IMG/VR virus record: IMGVR_UViG_3300048813_000107
Coordinates: 10,381 to 74,380 of that record
DNA length: 64,000 nucleotides
Direction: 5' to 3' (one strand)
DNA from: a virus
Part shown: piece after piece, positions 47,923 to 56,798 of the stretch
Layout of the letters: the number at the start of each line of letters is the position of its first letter
Position numbering within the stretch: position 1 is the stretch's first letter
Position numbers and translations under genes: made by a program
The notes under the pieces: model-generated
Databases searched by the model: none
Told to the model about the DNA's origin: nothing
Seen by the model: the letters and a program-made list of their open reading frames with translations, nothing else

Positions 47923-48119
47923 GGACAGAGCCTAGCTTCCCCGCACCCGCATCTCGCTGACGATGAACGGGAACACGCCCGTGCGGACCTTGCCGTCATC
48001 GTCGGTGTAGATGCGCTCGCTGCCGATGCGGCCGGGGCGCCCCTGCGGGTCCGGGATACGCTCCGGGAACAGCAGCGGCATCCCCTTGTCGTCGGCGAAC
48101 ATCACCAGGTCGCAGGTGA
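47870..48119. repeat. Exact 22-bp direct repeat in two adjacent ORFs
   Basis: AACATCACCAGGTCGCAGGTGA at 47870-47891 and 48098-48119. Confidence 0.85.
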
Positions 48120-48375
48120 TGAAGCTCTGCACATCGGCGGTGACGCGGAGGATGGTGGCCTTCTCCACGGTCGTGATGAGCTTGCCGGTCGTGGCGTCCA
48201 GGATCGAGCAGTCCCATGCGGGCATCATCCTCGGTATCCCGTCCTTGCGGCGGGGCACCGGCCACTCGATGATCACGTAGCCGTAGTACTGCCGCTCCGG
48301 GCCCTGCGGCCACGGGTCGTCCCCGGCGATCTCGGCGTCTGCGATCTCGCCGGGTACTGCTACCTCAGTGGTCAT
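47932..48375 (-). CDS. Hypothetical protein
   Basis: 147 aa, co-oriented, closely spaced with neighbours. Confidence 0.6.
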   Translation of the reverse strand: MTTEVAVPGEIADAEIAGDDPWPQGPERQYYGYVIIEWPVPRRKDGIPRMMPAWDCSILDATTGKLITTVEKATILRVTADVQSFITCDLVMFADDKGMPLLFPERIPDPQGRPGRIGSERIYTDDDGKVRTGVFPFIVSEMRVRGS

Positions 48376-48384
48376 CGCCGAGCC

Positions 48385-48870
48385 TCACTGTCCGGGATTC
48401 GTCTGGCCGATGTGGATCGTCCTGTGATCCGGGTGCTGGCGGCCGGTCTCGGTGCGGACCTCCGCGATCATGTCGTCAAGGGTCATGCCGGTGACATCGC
48501 CGCACTCAACCGGGACGACCTCGCGGCAGGCCGTGCACACGACCTCCCTGACCGTCGCGCCGCAGGCGTTCACCGCGGGCGCTATCTCCACCCACGGCTC
48601 TGCGTCATCCGGCGGTGCGCCCTTCTGCTGTTTACGCACCCATTCGCCCGGGTCTATCGCTATCGCCATCGTGGCCACGTCCGGGCGGCGGCCGGTCAGG
48701 CGCTGCCAGCCGGCGATGAAATCCCGTACCGCGATCATGTGCATCAGGTCATCGGCTGCTGTCCAGGGCCCGTAAGTCTCCTGCATGGTCAGCCCGGTCA
48801 CGGCCTCGCGCCACTGGAGGGTCAGGACGATCTGGTCAGGCCGACTTGCGGGCGCCTCATCTACCGCCAC
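48385..48870 (-). CDS. Hypothetical protein with CxxC
   Basis: GTG 48870 overlapping TerL end with GAGG RBS. Confidence 0.55.
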   Translation of the reverse strand: MAVDEAPASRPDQIVLTLQWREAVTGLTMQETYGPWTAADDLMHMIAVRDFIAGWQRLTGRRPDVATMAIAIDPGEWVRKQQKGAPPDDAEPWVEIAPAVNACGATVREVVCTACREVVPVECGDVTGMTLDDMIAEVRTETGRQHPDHRTIHIGQTNPGQ

Positions 48871-50672
48871 CGTGCCGCCTCTCCTCGCTGTGCCTGCCAT
48901 GCTGCGTTCCGTGCCCGCTTCCGGGCTTCCACCGGGTCAAGGATCTCCGGGGCCGGCTCAGGTGCGTCCATGCCGCGCTCGGCCGCCCGCTCGTCGCAGT
49001 CGCCGGCGTGCGCGTGGATCTCGTACTGGCCGTCAGCAGCCTGCGCACAGGGGCCGCAGCAGTACAGCGCACCGAGGGACACCAGGCGGAGGCAGTCCGG
49101 CTTGCCGCACTTCCTGAAGTCCTGCACTGCGATGGCCCGGGCCTCAGCGGCTGCGAACTCTGCGTCCGGGCCGATCGCCGCGGCCTGCTCGGCCTTGCGC
49201 TTCGCCCATGCGATCCACGCCTGCGCGCCGTTCCCGTCCAAGAGCAGCTCCGCGAGGGCCTGGCTGGTGGCGTCCACCTGGTCATCGTGGGCGTCGTTCG
49301 GGAAGGCCGCGCACTCGGTTACGTACGCTTCCGTATCGAAGAGGGCGATCTCGGCAGCGGGCAAGAATGCGTTGCCGGCCTCGATGAACGGGGCGACCGC
49401 GGTAGCCCGCGCATACTTCGATTCGGTCGGCGTGATCGCGACGATGCCGGGAATCTTCGACTTCAGCGACGAGATCACGGCCGGGCCGTTCGCCTTGTTC
49501 TCGACGAGCTTTCGCGTTGCCTGCGGCCATCGCGCCACCATCGCCTGGAATGCGACCAGCGTGTCCGTGAAGCTCAGCCGCTTGCGTACCTGGTCGAGCA
49601 GGTAGACGCTGGCGCCGCGGCGGCACCAGATCTGGCCTGCTACGTAGTCGCTTCCCTTGGTATCGGCAAAGGCCATGTCCCACGACGCGATTACCTCGTC
49701 GCACTCGTGGACGAGGTAAGCGTCCGGGCGGTCAGGATGCTGTGACCACAACGGCGTGCCGTAACGCCGCCACCATTGCCGCTGCCACACGTTCCCCGCA
49801 TCGGGGGACGGACGACCCTGGTACAGGGCGGCGAACACGCGGGACCCGGCCTGGATCCGGATCTGCTCCCACTCGGCGACCGTCCGGCCCCGGGCGGACT
49901 GGAGCCATTCGCCTGGCTCGCGGCCGAGCGGGTCGCTCTGGCCCTTGGCCGGGTCGTGGTCGGCGAGGGCGGGGATGTTGATGACGCGCCACCGGTGGCC
50001 GTCCTCGGCGGCGACGAGGCGGCCGGCCAGGTCGTCTTCGTGCCAGCGGGTGAGGATCACGATCACCGGGGCACCAGGGGCGAGGCGCGGGGCGCCGACC
50101 GAGCGCCACCACTCCCAGACCCGCTCGCGGTAGTAAGCCGACCCGGCCTGCTCGGCATCGGCGAACGGGTCGTCTATGGTCAGTGCGTCAAGCGGGCGGC
50201 CGGTCAGGCCCGATCCGATGCCGACGCAGACGACGCCGCCGCGGTGCCCCTCGAGCTGCCAGCGGCGGGCCGAGCCGTTGTCGCGGGCAATCCTCAGGCC
50301 AAGGTTGAGCGTGCCTTCGTCGCCGTTGAACGTGGTGATGGTGTTGCGGACCTCACGGCCGAAGCCCTCAGCGAGGGACTGCGCGTACGACGCGATGCCG
50401 AGCCGGAGTTCGGGGTTGCGCTCGAGCGCCCACAGCGAGCTGGTCTTCGTGACCCTGCTCGACTTGCCTTCCTGAGGTCCGATCGAGATGATCAGCCGCG
50501 CGCCGGGAGTCGTGTACGCCCAGGTGACTGCCTCGTCTATAAGGTCGAGCGCCGGGGTCTGCACGGTCGTGGGGTCGATGGCTACGGCGAGTTCGCCCGG
50601 TGTCTCCCATGTGCGCTCAACGGCCGGCGGGTCGAGCCTGTCGGCGAGTGAAGCAGCGAAATCAACCGTCAT
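48861..50672 (-). CDS. Terminase large subunit
   Basis: GPQEGKS, IDDP, TRWHEDD, SWDMAF..SDY, HDDQVDA. Confidence 0.95.
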   Translation of the reverse strand: MTVDFAASLADRLDPPAVERTWETPGELAVAIDPTTVQTPALDLIDEAVTWAYTTPGARLIISIGPQEGKSSRVTKTSSLWALERNPELRLGIASYAQSLAEGFGREVRNTITTFNGDEGTLNLGLRIARDNGSARRWQLEGHRGGVVCVGIGSGLTGRPLDALTIDDPFADAEQAGSAYYRERVWEWWRSVGAPRLAPGAPVIVILTRWHEDDLAGRLVAAEDGHRWRVINIPALADHDPAKGQSDPLGREPGEWLQSARGRTVAEWEQIRIQAGSRVFAALYQGRPSPDAGNVWQRQWWRRYGTPLWSQHPDRPDAYLVHECDEVIASWDMAFADTKGSDYVAGQIWCRRGASVYLLDQVRKRLSFTDTLVAFQAMVARWPQATRKLVENKANGPAVISSLKSKIPGIVAITPTESKYARATAVAPFIEAGNAFLPAAEIALFDTEAYVTECAAFPNDAHDDQVDATSQALAELLLDGNGAQAWIAWAKRKAEQAAAIGPDAEFAAAEARAIAVQDFRKCGKPDCLRLVSLGALYCCGPCAQAADGQYEIHAHAGDCDERAAERGMDAPEPAPEILDPVEARKRARNAAWQAQRGEAARWR

Positions 50673-50769
50673 GCCCGCCCGATGTCACGCTCTGCTGATA
50701 GTTACCGGCTAGTACGGGTCTCGGCCCCGTCATCCGGGGCACCTCTACCCGCCAGTAACATGAATTCGG

Positions 50770-51318
50770 TCACGCAACGCTACGGAGATGCCTCGCGAGA
50801 CGGCCGCGGGCGTCTCGCTGCTGCTCGGCTGGCAGGCCCATCTCGCGGAAGGTGGCCGCCAGTGCATCACTGACGAGCCGCGCCTGCGTCTCCGTGATCT
50901 TCGCCAGCCGCTCCTCGATGTTCAGCTTCGCGATATCCACCAGCAGCCGCCCGCACCGGTCCATCGCCCGCTCGAGCACCGAGACCTCAGCGCGGAGCTG
51001 CTCCCCGCCTTCCTCGCTGCCGTAGCGCACCGACCGGAGGTTGTTGACCAGGCCGCCGATGGTCTCCTCGAGCGCCAGCGCACGGCCGGCCAGCCGCTGC
51101 AAGGCTTCGAGCGGGTCAGTGACGGGGGCCGCGTCGTACCTGTACAGCAGCCGCCGGGCTTCCTCGTTCAGCGCGGCGACACGGCCCGACGGGGTGCAGC
51201 CGCCATGGTTCTTGCAGTTGCCGACGCCTTGGTGATCCGTGCCCTTGCCTGCGCCGTTGCCGCACGGCTTGCCCTCGCGGTTGGTGCCGCCGCACTTCGG
51301 GGCAGCTCCATGGCCCAT
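50770..51318 (-). CDS. Terminase small subunit (HGG zinc-finger type)
   Basis: CGG...C...CKNHGG; upstream of TerL. Confidence 0.75.
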   Translation of the reverse strand: MGHGAAPKCGGTNREGKPCGNGAGKGTDHQGVGNCKNHGGCTPSGRVAALNEEARRLLYRYDAAPVTDPLEALQRLAGRALALEETIGGLVNNLRSVRYGSEEGGEQLRAEVSVLERAMDRCGRLLVDIAKLNIEERLAKITETQARLVSDALAATFREMGLPAEQQRDARGRLARHLRSVA

Positions 51319-51360
51319 GACGTCACCGCCTTGGTTCCATGGCCAAGCGTTTGCCCGGCA

Positions 51361-51663
51361 TCACCAGAATGAGCACCGGGCGGGCTCGTCCTGCACGATC
51401 TCGCCGCGGTAGGGGCCGGCTTCGTCCGCCTCCGGAGTACCGGCGGGATGGCCGCACGGCTCCAGCTCGTACAGGTCCGTCATGCTCCCCCGCACCGCGC
51501 CGAACGCGACGATACGGTCACCGGGAAGGTGCACGCCCTCGGTGTGGCAGAGCGTCCGGTCTGCGGTGAAGCCGAACCGGTGGTCGTCGTCCACGGCGTC
51601 GCAGCCGGCGAAGTCGCCGGTCGTGCCGCCTTCCCTGACCTTGGCGAGGGTGCAGAACTTCAC
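51361..51663 (-). CDS. Hypothetical protein
   Basis: GTGA-coupled 100-aa ORF. Confidence 0.45.
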   Translation of the reverse strand: MKFCTLAKVREGGTTGDFAGCDAVDDDHRFGFTADRTLCHTEGVHLPGDRIVAFGAVRGSMTDLYELEPCGHPAGTPEADEAGPYRGEIVQDEPARCSFW

Positions 51664-51944
51664 GGGCGCCGCTCCGTCATCGTGAACGCCGGGTGGTCCG
51701 GGGGCCGGTAGAGCAGCTTCCCTGACCAGGTGAAGACGGCTTCCTGCGGCGGGATGATGGTGTGGGTGTACGGCGGTCCGGGCGCTGGCTCGGCGAGCAG
51801 GCTGGCGAGGAACGCCCCGGCAGCCTCGGGCCAGAAATTGAGGCTGTTTTCCGGCCAGTCTTCGGGCAGGACCCATCCGGGCGGGGCTTCGAGCGGGCCG
51901 TCCGGGTACTGCCTGCCGGTGCTCTGGGTGCTAACGCGGCCAGC

Positions 51945-52169
51945 CTAGCCTTCGGCCGCCTCTTGCGGAGCGGCCTGCGAGGCCACCAGGAACTGCCGGC
52001 GCGAATCCCGGTCCAGCAGGCGGACGGCGCGCTTGGCTTCCTTGCCGCTCATCTTCAGCCCGGCCCCGATGTCCGCCCAGGAGGCTCCCGCTGCCCTGGT
52101 CTCAGCGATGAGACGGAGGCGCTGCATGGCGGAGCCGAGGGTGGCGGGCATGGCAGCGGGCGCGGTCAT
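51945..52169 (-). CDS. Small HTH protein
   Basis: RAAGASWADIGAGLKMSGKEA. Confidence 0.6.
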   Translation of the reverse strand: MTAPAAMPATLGSAMQRLRLIAETRAAGASWADIGAGLKMSGKEAKRAVRLLDRDSRRQFLVASQAAPQEAAEG

Positions 52170-52495
52170 CGCGGCCGCGATCCCGGCGCCCAGTTCGCGG
52201 CGGAACGGCGGCGTTCCCGGTCCAGCAGCTGCGGCAGGACGCGGCCAAGGCGCACGGTGAACTCGGCGTCCGTCTCGGGCTGCACGACGGCCATGTCCAG
52301 GTGCGGGACGACGAGCACCTTGACCTCGGGGGCGTTCTCGGCCAGCCACCACGCGGCGTACTCCTGCATCTCGCCGGCCTGGTCCGGGGTCCAGCCTTCG
52401 GGGCAGCGCAGGATCAGCGTCTCGCCGGGCTTCACGACGGTGACGCACTCGCGGAGTAGCTGCCGGATCTCGTCCGGGCTCAGCTCAGGTGCCAC
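52166..52495 (-). CDS. Hypothetical protein
   Basis: 109 aa, VKPGETLIL motif. Confidence 0.55.
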   Translation of the reverse strand: MAPELSPDEIRQLLRECVTVVKPGETLILRCPEGWTPDQAGEMQEYAAWWLAENAPEVKVLVVPHLDMAVVQPETDAEFTVRLGRVLPQLLDRERRRSAANWAPGSRPR

Positions 52496-52724
52496 TCAGT
52501 CCCCCTGTCCCGCGCAGCACCGGCAGTCCCGGCTGGTGCACCGCTCGTGCTTGTCGCGCTCGCACTGCGGGCACACCCAGTCATCGGCGGGCACGGCTAC
52601 GCCCGGCCCCCTCCGCCGGGCGTGGCCGGCGACGGGGCGGGCTGGAGGACGTCGACGGTGACCGACGCGGTAGCCACCAGGCCGGCCTTGTCGGTCACCG
52701 TCGCCGTGATCGTGAGGGTGGCGC

Positions 52725-53051
52725 TCATGCCGCGGCGGGAGGCGTCCCGATCGTGGCGGTCAGCACCGCGACGCCGGCGGCGTTGGATACCTGGGTGTAG
52801 GCATCACCGAAATTGTCCGTGACGCCGATCGTCATCGGCTGCTGCTCGGAGGTGTTCACCGTGACCGACAGGTCGGCGTTGATGCTGTTGCCGGCCGCAT
52901 CGGTGGCCGAGGCGACGATCGACAGGGTGACCGGGGCGGAGGTGGAATCAGAGTAGGTCGCGGTGAGAGTCAGGACATCGCCGACGCTGTAGGTCGCCTT
53001 GTCGGCGGCGAGGGTGAGGGTCGGGGCGACAGCGGGCGCGGGGGTGGTCAT
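52725..53051 (-). CDS. Ig-like beta-sandwich protein
   Basis: LAADKATYSVGDVLTLTATY; AGGAG RBS. Confidence 0.7.
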   Translation of the reverse strand: MTTPAPAVAPTLTLAADKATYSVGDVLTLTATYSDSTSAPVTLSIVASATDAAGNSINADLSVTVNTSEQQPMTIGVTDNFGDAYTQVSNAAGVAVLTATIGTPPAAA

Positions 53052-53155
53052 GGGGGGCTCCTAGCTGGGGGTTTCGTGGTTGCTGCGATACCGGGCGCGA
53101 GATGGGCGGCCGGGATGTCTTCGGGGCGGGCGGCCAGAACGCGGCGAACTTAGGG

Positions 53156-53419
53156 TCAGGCCGCTATGTCCTGCCGGCGGGCGCCGTTCGCCATGCGCTC
53201 GCCACGCTGCCGGGTCTCGATGTCGGCCCGCGCGACGTCGCGGAGCCGGTACTTCGGCCGCCCCCGGCTGTCGCGGATCTCCCGCCCGTTCTTGTCCGTG
53301 GCCACCGGAAGGTAGCCGCGGTCCCGCCAGTTGCAGATGGCCGGGACGGACACGTGCGCGTACTCCGCCGCCTGGGTCGCCGTGATCAGGGCGTCCATGT
53401 CGAACGTGGGGGCGTCCAA
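53156..53419 (-). CDS. MerR-like HTH protein, in frame with the upstream Zn-finger ORF
   Basis: ITATQAAEYAHVSVPAICNWRDRG...YRLRDV; GGAGG + TTG 53419. Confidence 0.75.
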   Translation of the reverse strand: MDAPTFDMDALITATQAAEYAHVSVPAICNWRDRGYLPVATDKNGREIRDSRGRPKYRLRDVARADIETRQRGERMANGARRQDIAA

Positions 53420-54262
53420 GCATCCTCCCCCGGGCATGAAGAAAGCCCCCGGAATCCGGGGGCCCGTGGTGCTTGCGGGACGCCTGCGAACATGGCTGTC
53501 CGGGAGACAGGTTAACCCGTGAAGCTGCCCGCCGGCAAGTAACGCCACGCGCTTCTGCTCGGCGGCGAGCCGTTCCACTTCAGCGTCGTACTCGGCCAGC
53601 GAGAGGATGCGGTTGCAGACCGGATTCGCGCAGGTGACCTGCTGTTCGCCTTCGGTCCAGATCAGGGTCGCGTACTTGCAGGACGGGCAGCGCAGCGGCT
53701 TGCGAACCGTCCTGACCCCGGCCTTGGTGCTGCCGGTGAACTCACGGTGCCACTGCAAGATCTCCAGCCCGAAGTCCGCGGCGACACCGGAGCGGAGGAC
53801 ACCGTTCAGGTGGTGCATCAGCCACGCGATGCATGTCGTCTCGGCGGATGCGAGTTCGCCACGGGGCGGCGGAGACGGCCAGCGGCGCAGGTTCCGGTAT
53901 ACGCGCTCCCAGCTGATCAGCATCGAGGCTAGCTCGTCCTCGTCGTCGCCCGCCTGCGACGGAGACTGGGCCTCGTCGGAGGATCCGGAGACGCGCTCGG
54001 CCGCGTCGGACTGCTTCTGGCCGTCGGCCGGGGCTTTCCTCAGGGCGATGAGGTCATCGAGCTGGACAAGCCGCTCGCGGATACTCGACGCGCACGCGCC
54101 GCACCAGACGGGATCGCCTGGCCACGGCACGACCTCGGGCGGCTCCGGGCGGGACTGCGACGAGTCGAGCGGGTCGTAATCGGCGAGGGCCTGACGGTGG
54201 GCGTCGCGGGCTTCCCTGAACCTGCGGTTGCACGGGCCCGGACAGGCTTCCTCGCTGCTCAT
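53156..54262 (-). CDS. Multi-zinc-finger putative late regulator; no stop before the HTH gene
   Basis: CPGPC, CGAC, CPSC, CANPVC; CATCAT 6 nt before ATG 54262. Confidence 0.65.
   Translation of the reverse strand: MSSEEACPGPCNRRFREARDAHRQALADYDPLDSSQSRPEPPEVVPWPGDPVWCGACASSIRERLVQLDDLIALRKAPADGQKQSDAAERVSGSSDEAQSPSQAGDDEDELASMLISWERVYRNLRRWPSPPPRGELASAETTCIAWLMHHLNGVLRSGVAADFGLEILQWHREFTGSTKAGVRTVRKPLRCPSCKYATLIWTEGEQQVTCANPVCNRILSLAEYDAEVERLAAEQKRVALLAGGQLHGLTCLPDSHVRRRPASTTGPRIPGAFFMPGGGCLDAPTFDMDALITATQAAEYAHVSVPAICNWRDRGYLPVATDKNGREIRDSRGRPKYRLRDVARADIETRQRGERMANGARRQDIAA
53439..53463 (-). terminator. Intrinsic terminator/attenuator just downstream of the candidate late promoter
   Basis: GCCCCCGG-ATT-CCGGGGGC-TTTCTT. 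Confidence 0.65.
53509..53538 (-). promoter_or_regulatory. Candidate late promoter
   Basis: TTGCCG-N18-TAACCT facing the morphogenesis genes. Confidence 0.5.
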
Positions 54263-54314
54263 GGCGCAATGATGGAGTACCGGGACCGATGGTGCCAACG
54301 CGGCCCGCCCCGGG

Positions 54315-54536
54315 TCATGCCGCGAGCCGGATCTCAGCCTGTTGACGGTCCGGTCTGCTGCCGTGCCTAGGGTCCTGGTCTTCGCTGCTGCTATCGGGGG
54401 CCTCATCGTCGACGGGCAGCCCGCCTTGCTCCTGGCGGATCGCATTATCCGGCTCCTCTCCGGCATACAGGCGCAGCAGGACGGGGAGCACGACGAGGAT
54501 GGCGGCAGCGGCGATCCAGGGAAGCCAGGCAGGCAT
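54315..54536 (-). CDS. Small membrane protein
   Basis: N-terminal TM, acidic tail. Confidence 0.5.
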   Translation of the reverse strand: MPAWLPWIAAAAILVVLPVLLRLYAGEEPDNAIRQEQGGLPVDDEAPDSSSEDQDPRHGSRPDRQQAEIRLAA

Positions 54537-54636
54537 AGCTGTAGCAGGAACCGTTCAGAAGTTGGGGCTTGACCAGCGGAAAGGGGCGGCCGGAGGGCCT
54601 GCCTAATCCTATCGGTTCCGCCCGCGCCTGATGACC

Positions 54637-55083
54637 TCAGTGCCCCCCTAGCGCCTTCCAGATCTTCCTGGTCCCCGAGGCCTTGATGGCGGCGGAGACC
54701 TGGCGGCCGGCTCGTTCCTTACGCGCAGCGAATTCCGGCGAGGCCTCGGCCGCCTCGGCCTCCCGCAGGCGCCACAGCCGCATGGGCGCGGCGCTCTTGT
54801 AGTGCGGATTGTCGACCCGCAGAGCCGGCTCTCCCAGGAGGTCGCGGATCATCGCCTCAGTCCAGCCGCGTTCCCTCAGTCCGGGGGCAGCGATGCACTC
54901 CGCTGCTGCCGCGATCTCCGGCCACCGGGCGCGGATCTTATCTGCTGCTGCGGCCGACCAGCGACTGCGGGCCCGGTCAGGCTCCGGCAGCAGGCCAAAG
55001 TCGCGGGCCCGGTCTACCTGGCCGTAGAACGCACCGAGGTAGTCGGCTAGCTGGCGGGGGCCGTAATCAGGCCGGGCTGTCAC
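54637..55083 (-). CDS. Putative DNA-binding protein
   Basis: wHTH-like N-terminus; LRERGWTEAMI...NPHY...MRLW. Confidence 0.6.
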   Translation of the reverse strand: MTARPDYGPRQLADYLGAFYGQVDRARDFGLLPEPDRARSRWSAAAADKIRARWPEIAAAAECIAAPGLRERGWTEAMIRDLLGEPALRVDNPHYKSAAPMRLWRLREAEAAEASPEFAARKERAGRQVSAAIKASGTRKIWKALGGH

Positions 55084-55258
55084 CCTGCACCTTCCCTGTC
55101 AGCAGCGCCAGCAGGGTCGGGTCAGTCGCCTGACTTGTCCCCTCGCCGTAGTGCACGAAGGCCCAGTTGTCGTTGACGGACGTGATCACGCCCTCTTCCC
55201 CGGTGGGCAGGTACACCACGCCGTGGCCGATGTGACCGCGGCACTGGTCAATCGTCAT
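55067..55258 (-). CDS. Small SH3-like protein
   Basis: EEGVITSVND.WAFVHY. Confidence 0.55.
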   Translation of the reverse strand: MTIDQCRGHIGHGVVYLPTGEEGVITSVNDNWAFVHYGEGTSQATDPTLLALLTGKVQGDSPA

Positions 55259-55679
55259 CGCTGCCATCCTCCCGCGCCGCCAGGTTCGTGGTCACCCCGG
55301 CCGCGTACTTCAGGTCCGCCCCGAGATGCTCAGCCGACAGCCTCGCAGCGTCCGCCCTCATCCGCAGCGCGATCACGGCCATGGCGGTTGCGGCCCGGTC
55401 CCCGGATACGACCCGGAGTCTCCCCGCAGCAGCCCGGCGCTCGTACCAGGAGGCGATCTGGTCCAGGAGCTGAGGCATGCGCTCCGCGGCCGACTCCAGG
55501 TAGCGGAAAAGCTGATCACCCTCAGCCGGGAACTCCAGGGCCTCAGGGTGGCGGGTCAGGTGATTCAGCGCGCGGATTATCTCGGCGGCGGCCTCAGCGA
55601 GCTCAAGCACGTACCCAGGGGAAGGCGGCGCGTCGATGTTGATGGCGACGGTGTAAGGCTGCCGGTCTTCGTCGGTCAC
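55248..55679 (-). CDS. Hypothetical helical protein
   Basis: GTG 55679 coupled to upstream TGA; AEIIRALNHLT. Confidence 0.6.
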   Translation of the reverse strand: MTDEDRQPYTVAINIDAPPSPGYVLELAEAAAEIIRALNHLTRHPEALEFPAEGDQLFRYLESAAERMPQLLDQIASWYERRAAAGRLRVVSGDRAATAMAVIALRMRADAARLSAEHLGADLKYAAGVTTNLAAREDGSDDD

Positions 55680-55898
55680 GATTCCTCTTCCTTCAGCCCG
55701 GCTCTTCGGAGCCGGGCACGGCTGTTGCGGGAACTGCGGTGGTCGCTGGGGGTGGACGGGGTTATCACCACGGTGCCCGTCCGGGGACTCCCAGCGGAGG
55801 TGCCCTGTACCGGTCAGGGTGATCGACCAGCCGGCTCTGTGCGCTGCGCGGGCCAGGGACCTCAGGGCACCGGGGATGCGGAGACGGGAACGGCCCAT
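55676..55898 (-). pseudogene. HicA-like protein with a +1 frameshift
   Basis: GWSITLTGTGHLRW; removing one G at 55776-55778 restores VVITPSTPSDHRSSRNSRARLRRAG and stop at 55676. Confidence 0.65.
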
Positions 55899-56728
55899 GG
55901 TTGCCTCCTCGCCGTGATCGGCGAGACGTTGGCCTCGCTGCGGATCTGCTCGAGTAGCGGCCTTACCCGGTCACGGCTGCGGTTGAGATTCTTCGCTGCG
56001 GCGTTCACGGACACGGACGGGTCGGCGTCGAACTCTGCCTTGACTTCCCGCTTCAGGTCAGCGTCGGAGATGCGCGGCGGCCGGGCCGCTGGCTTGCGCC
56101 GGGGCCTGACTTGAGGCGTGGCCGGAACGGTGACTCCGGGCTGACCTGAAACAGGGGCCGGGGGCTGACTTGAAGTCAACTCCGGGACCTGACCTGAAAC
56201 TTGCTCCGGGGTGACCTGAACGGGTGGCGCGGCGGCGGCTTCAGGCGTGGCGTCTGCGGTGACCTGAACTGCGGCCAGGGTGACTCCTGCCGCGTCCTCC
56301 GTAGTGCGCAGCAGGTGCGTCAATGCCGCGCCAAAGCCGAGCGTCACGACCGGCATGCACGACACGGCCACGGTGACAGGCCACGGTGCGCGAGTGCTGT
56401 GCGCGGCGGCGAGCAGGTGGTAAATGACCTGACCGCACATGCCGAGGATGAGTGACCCGACGGCTGACCGCCGCGCGAACGCCCGCGCCCGCTCCGGGGT
56501 GCCCGGGATAAGCCACGCGCCGAGAGCATAGGCACCATATGCCTCGACGCCGACCGGGAGCGTGATCGCGGTATTGACCGAGAAGCCATGCCCGATGCCG
56601 GGCAGCAGGTTGACGACGCCAAAGCCGCACATGCCGCCGAGCGCCACCCACCCGGACCACACCGCGACGGCAGCCGGGGAGGCTATGAGGAACAGGGGCC
56701 AGCGTGGCATCCCGCGGCGCGTGCTCAT
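55862..56728 (-). CDS. SpdA/DUF2637-like membrane protein with C-terminal HTH
   Basis: Four TM segments, LPVGVEAY, P-rich linker, SVNAAAKNLNRSRDRV. Confidence 0.7.
   Translation of the reverse strand: MSTRRGMPRWPLFLIASPAAVAVWSGWVALGGMCGFGVVNLLPGIGHGFSVNTAITLPVGVEAYGAYALGAWLIPGTPERARAFARRSAVGSLILGMCGQVIYHLLAAAHSTRAPWPVTVAVSCMPVVTLGFGAALTHLLRTTEDAAGVTLAAVQVTADATPEAAAAPPVQVTPEQVSGQVPELTSSQPPAPVSGQPGVTVPATPQVRPRRKPAARPPRISDADLKREVKAEFDADPSVSVNAAAKNLNRSRDRVRPLLEQIRSEANVSPITARRQPWAVPVSASPVP
56053..56432. repeat. Cluster of TGAC(C/T)TGA octamers within the spdA-like gene
   Basis: Copies at 56107, 56142, 56166, 56190, 56212, 56260, 56425; inverted at 56053. Confidence 0.75.
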
Positions 56729-56798
56729 AGTTGTCACGGTGTCCCCGTCTCCTGATCGGTTGCGAGTGCTTGCGGGCATTACGCCGCCCGCCGGCTGG

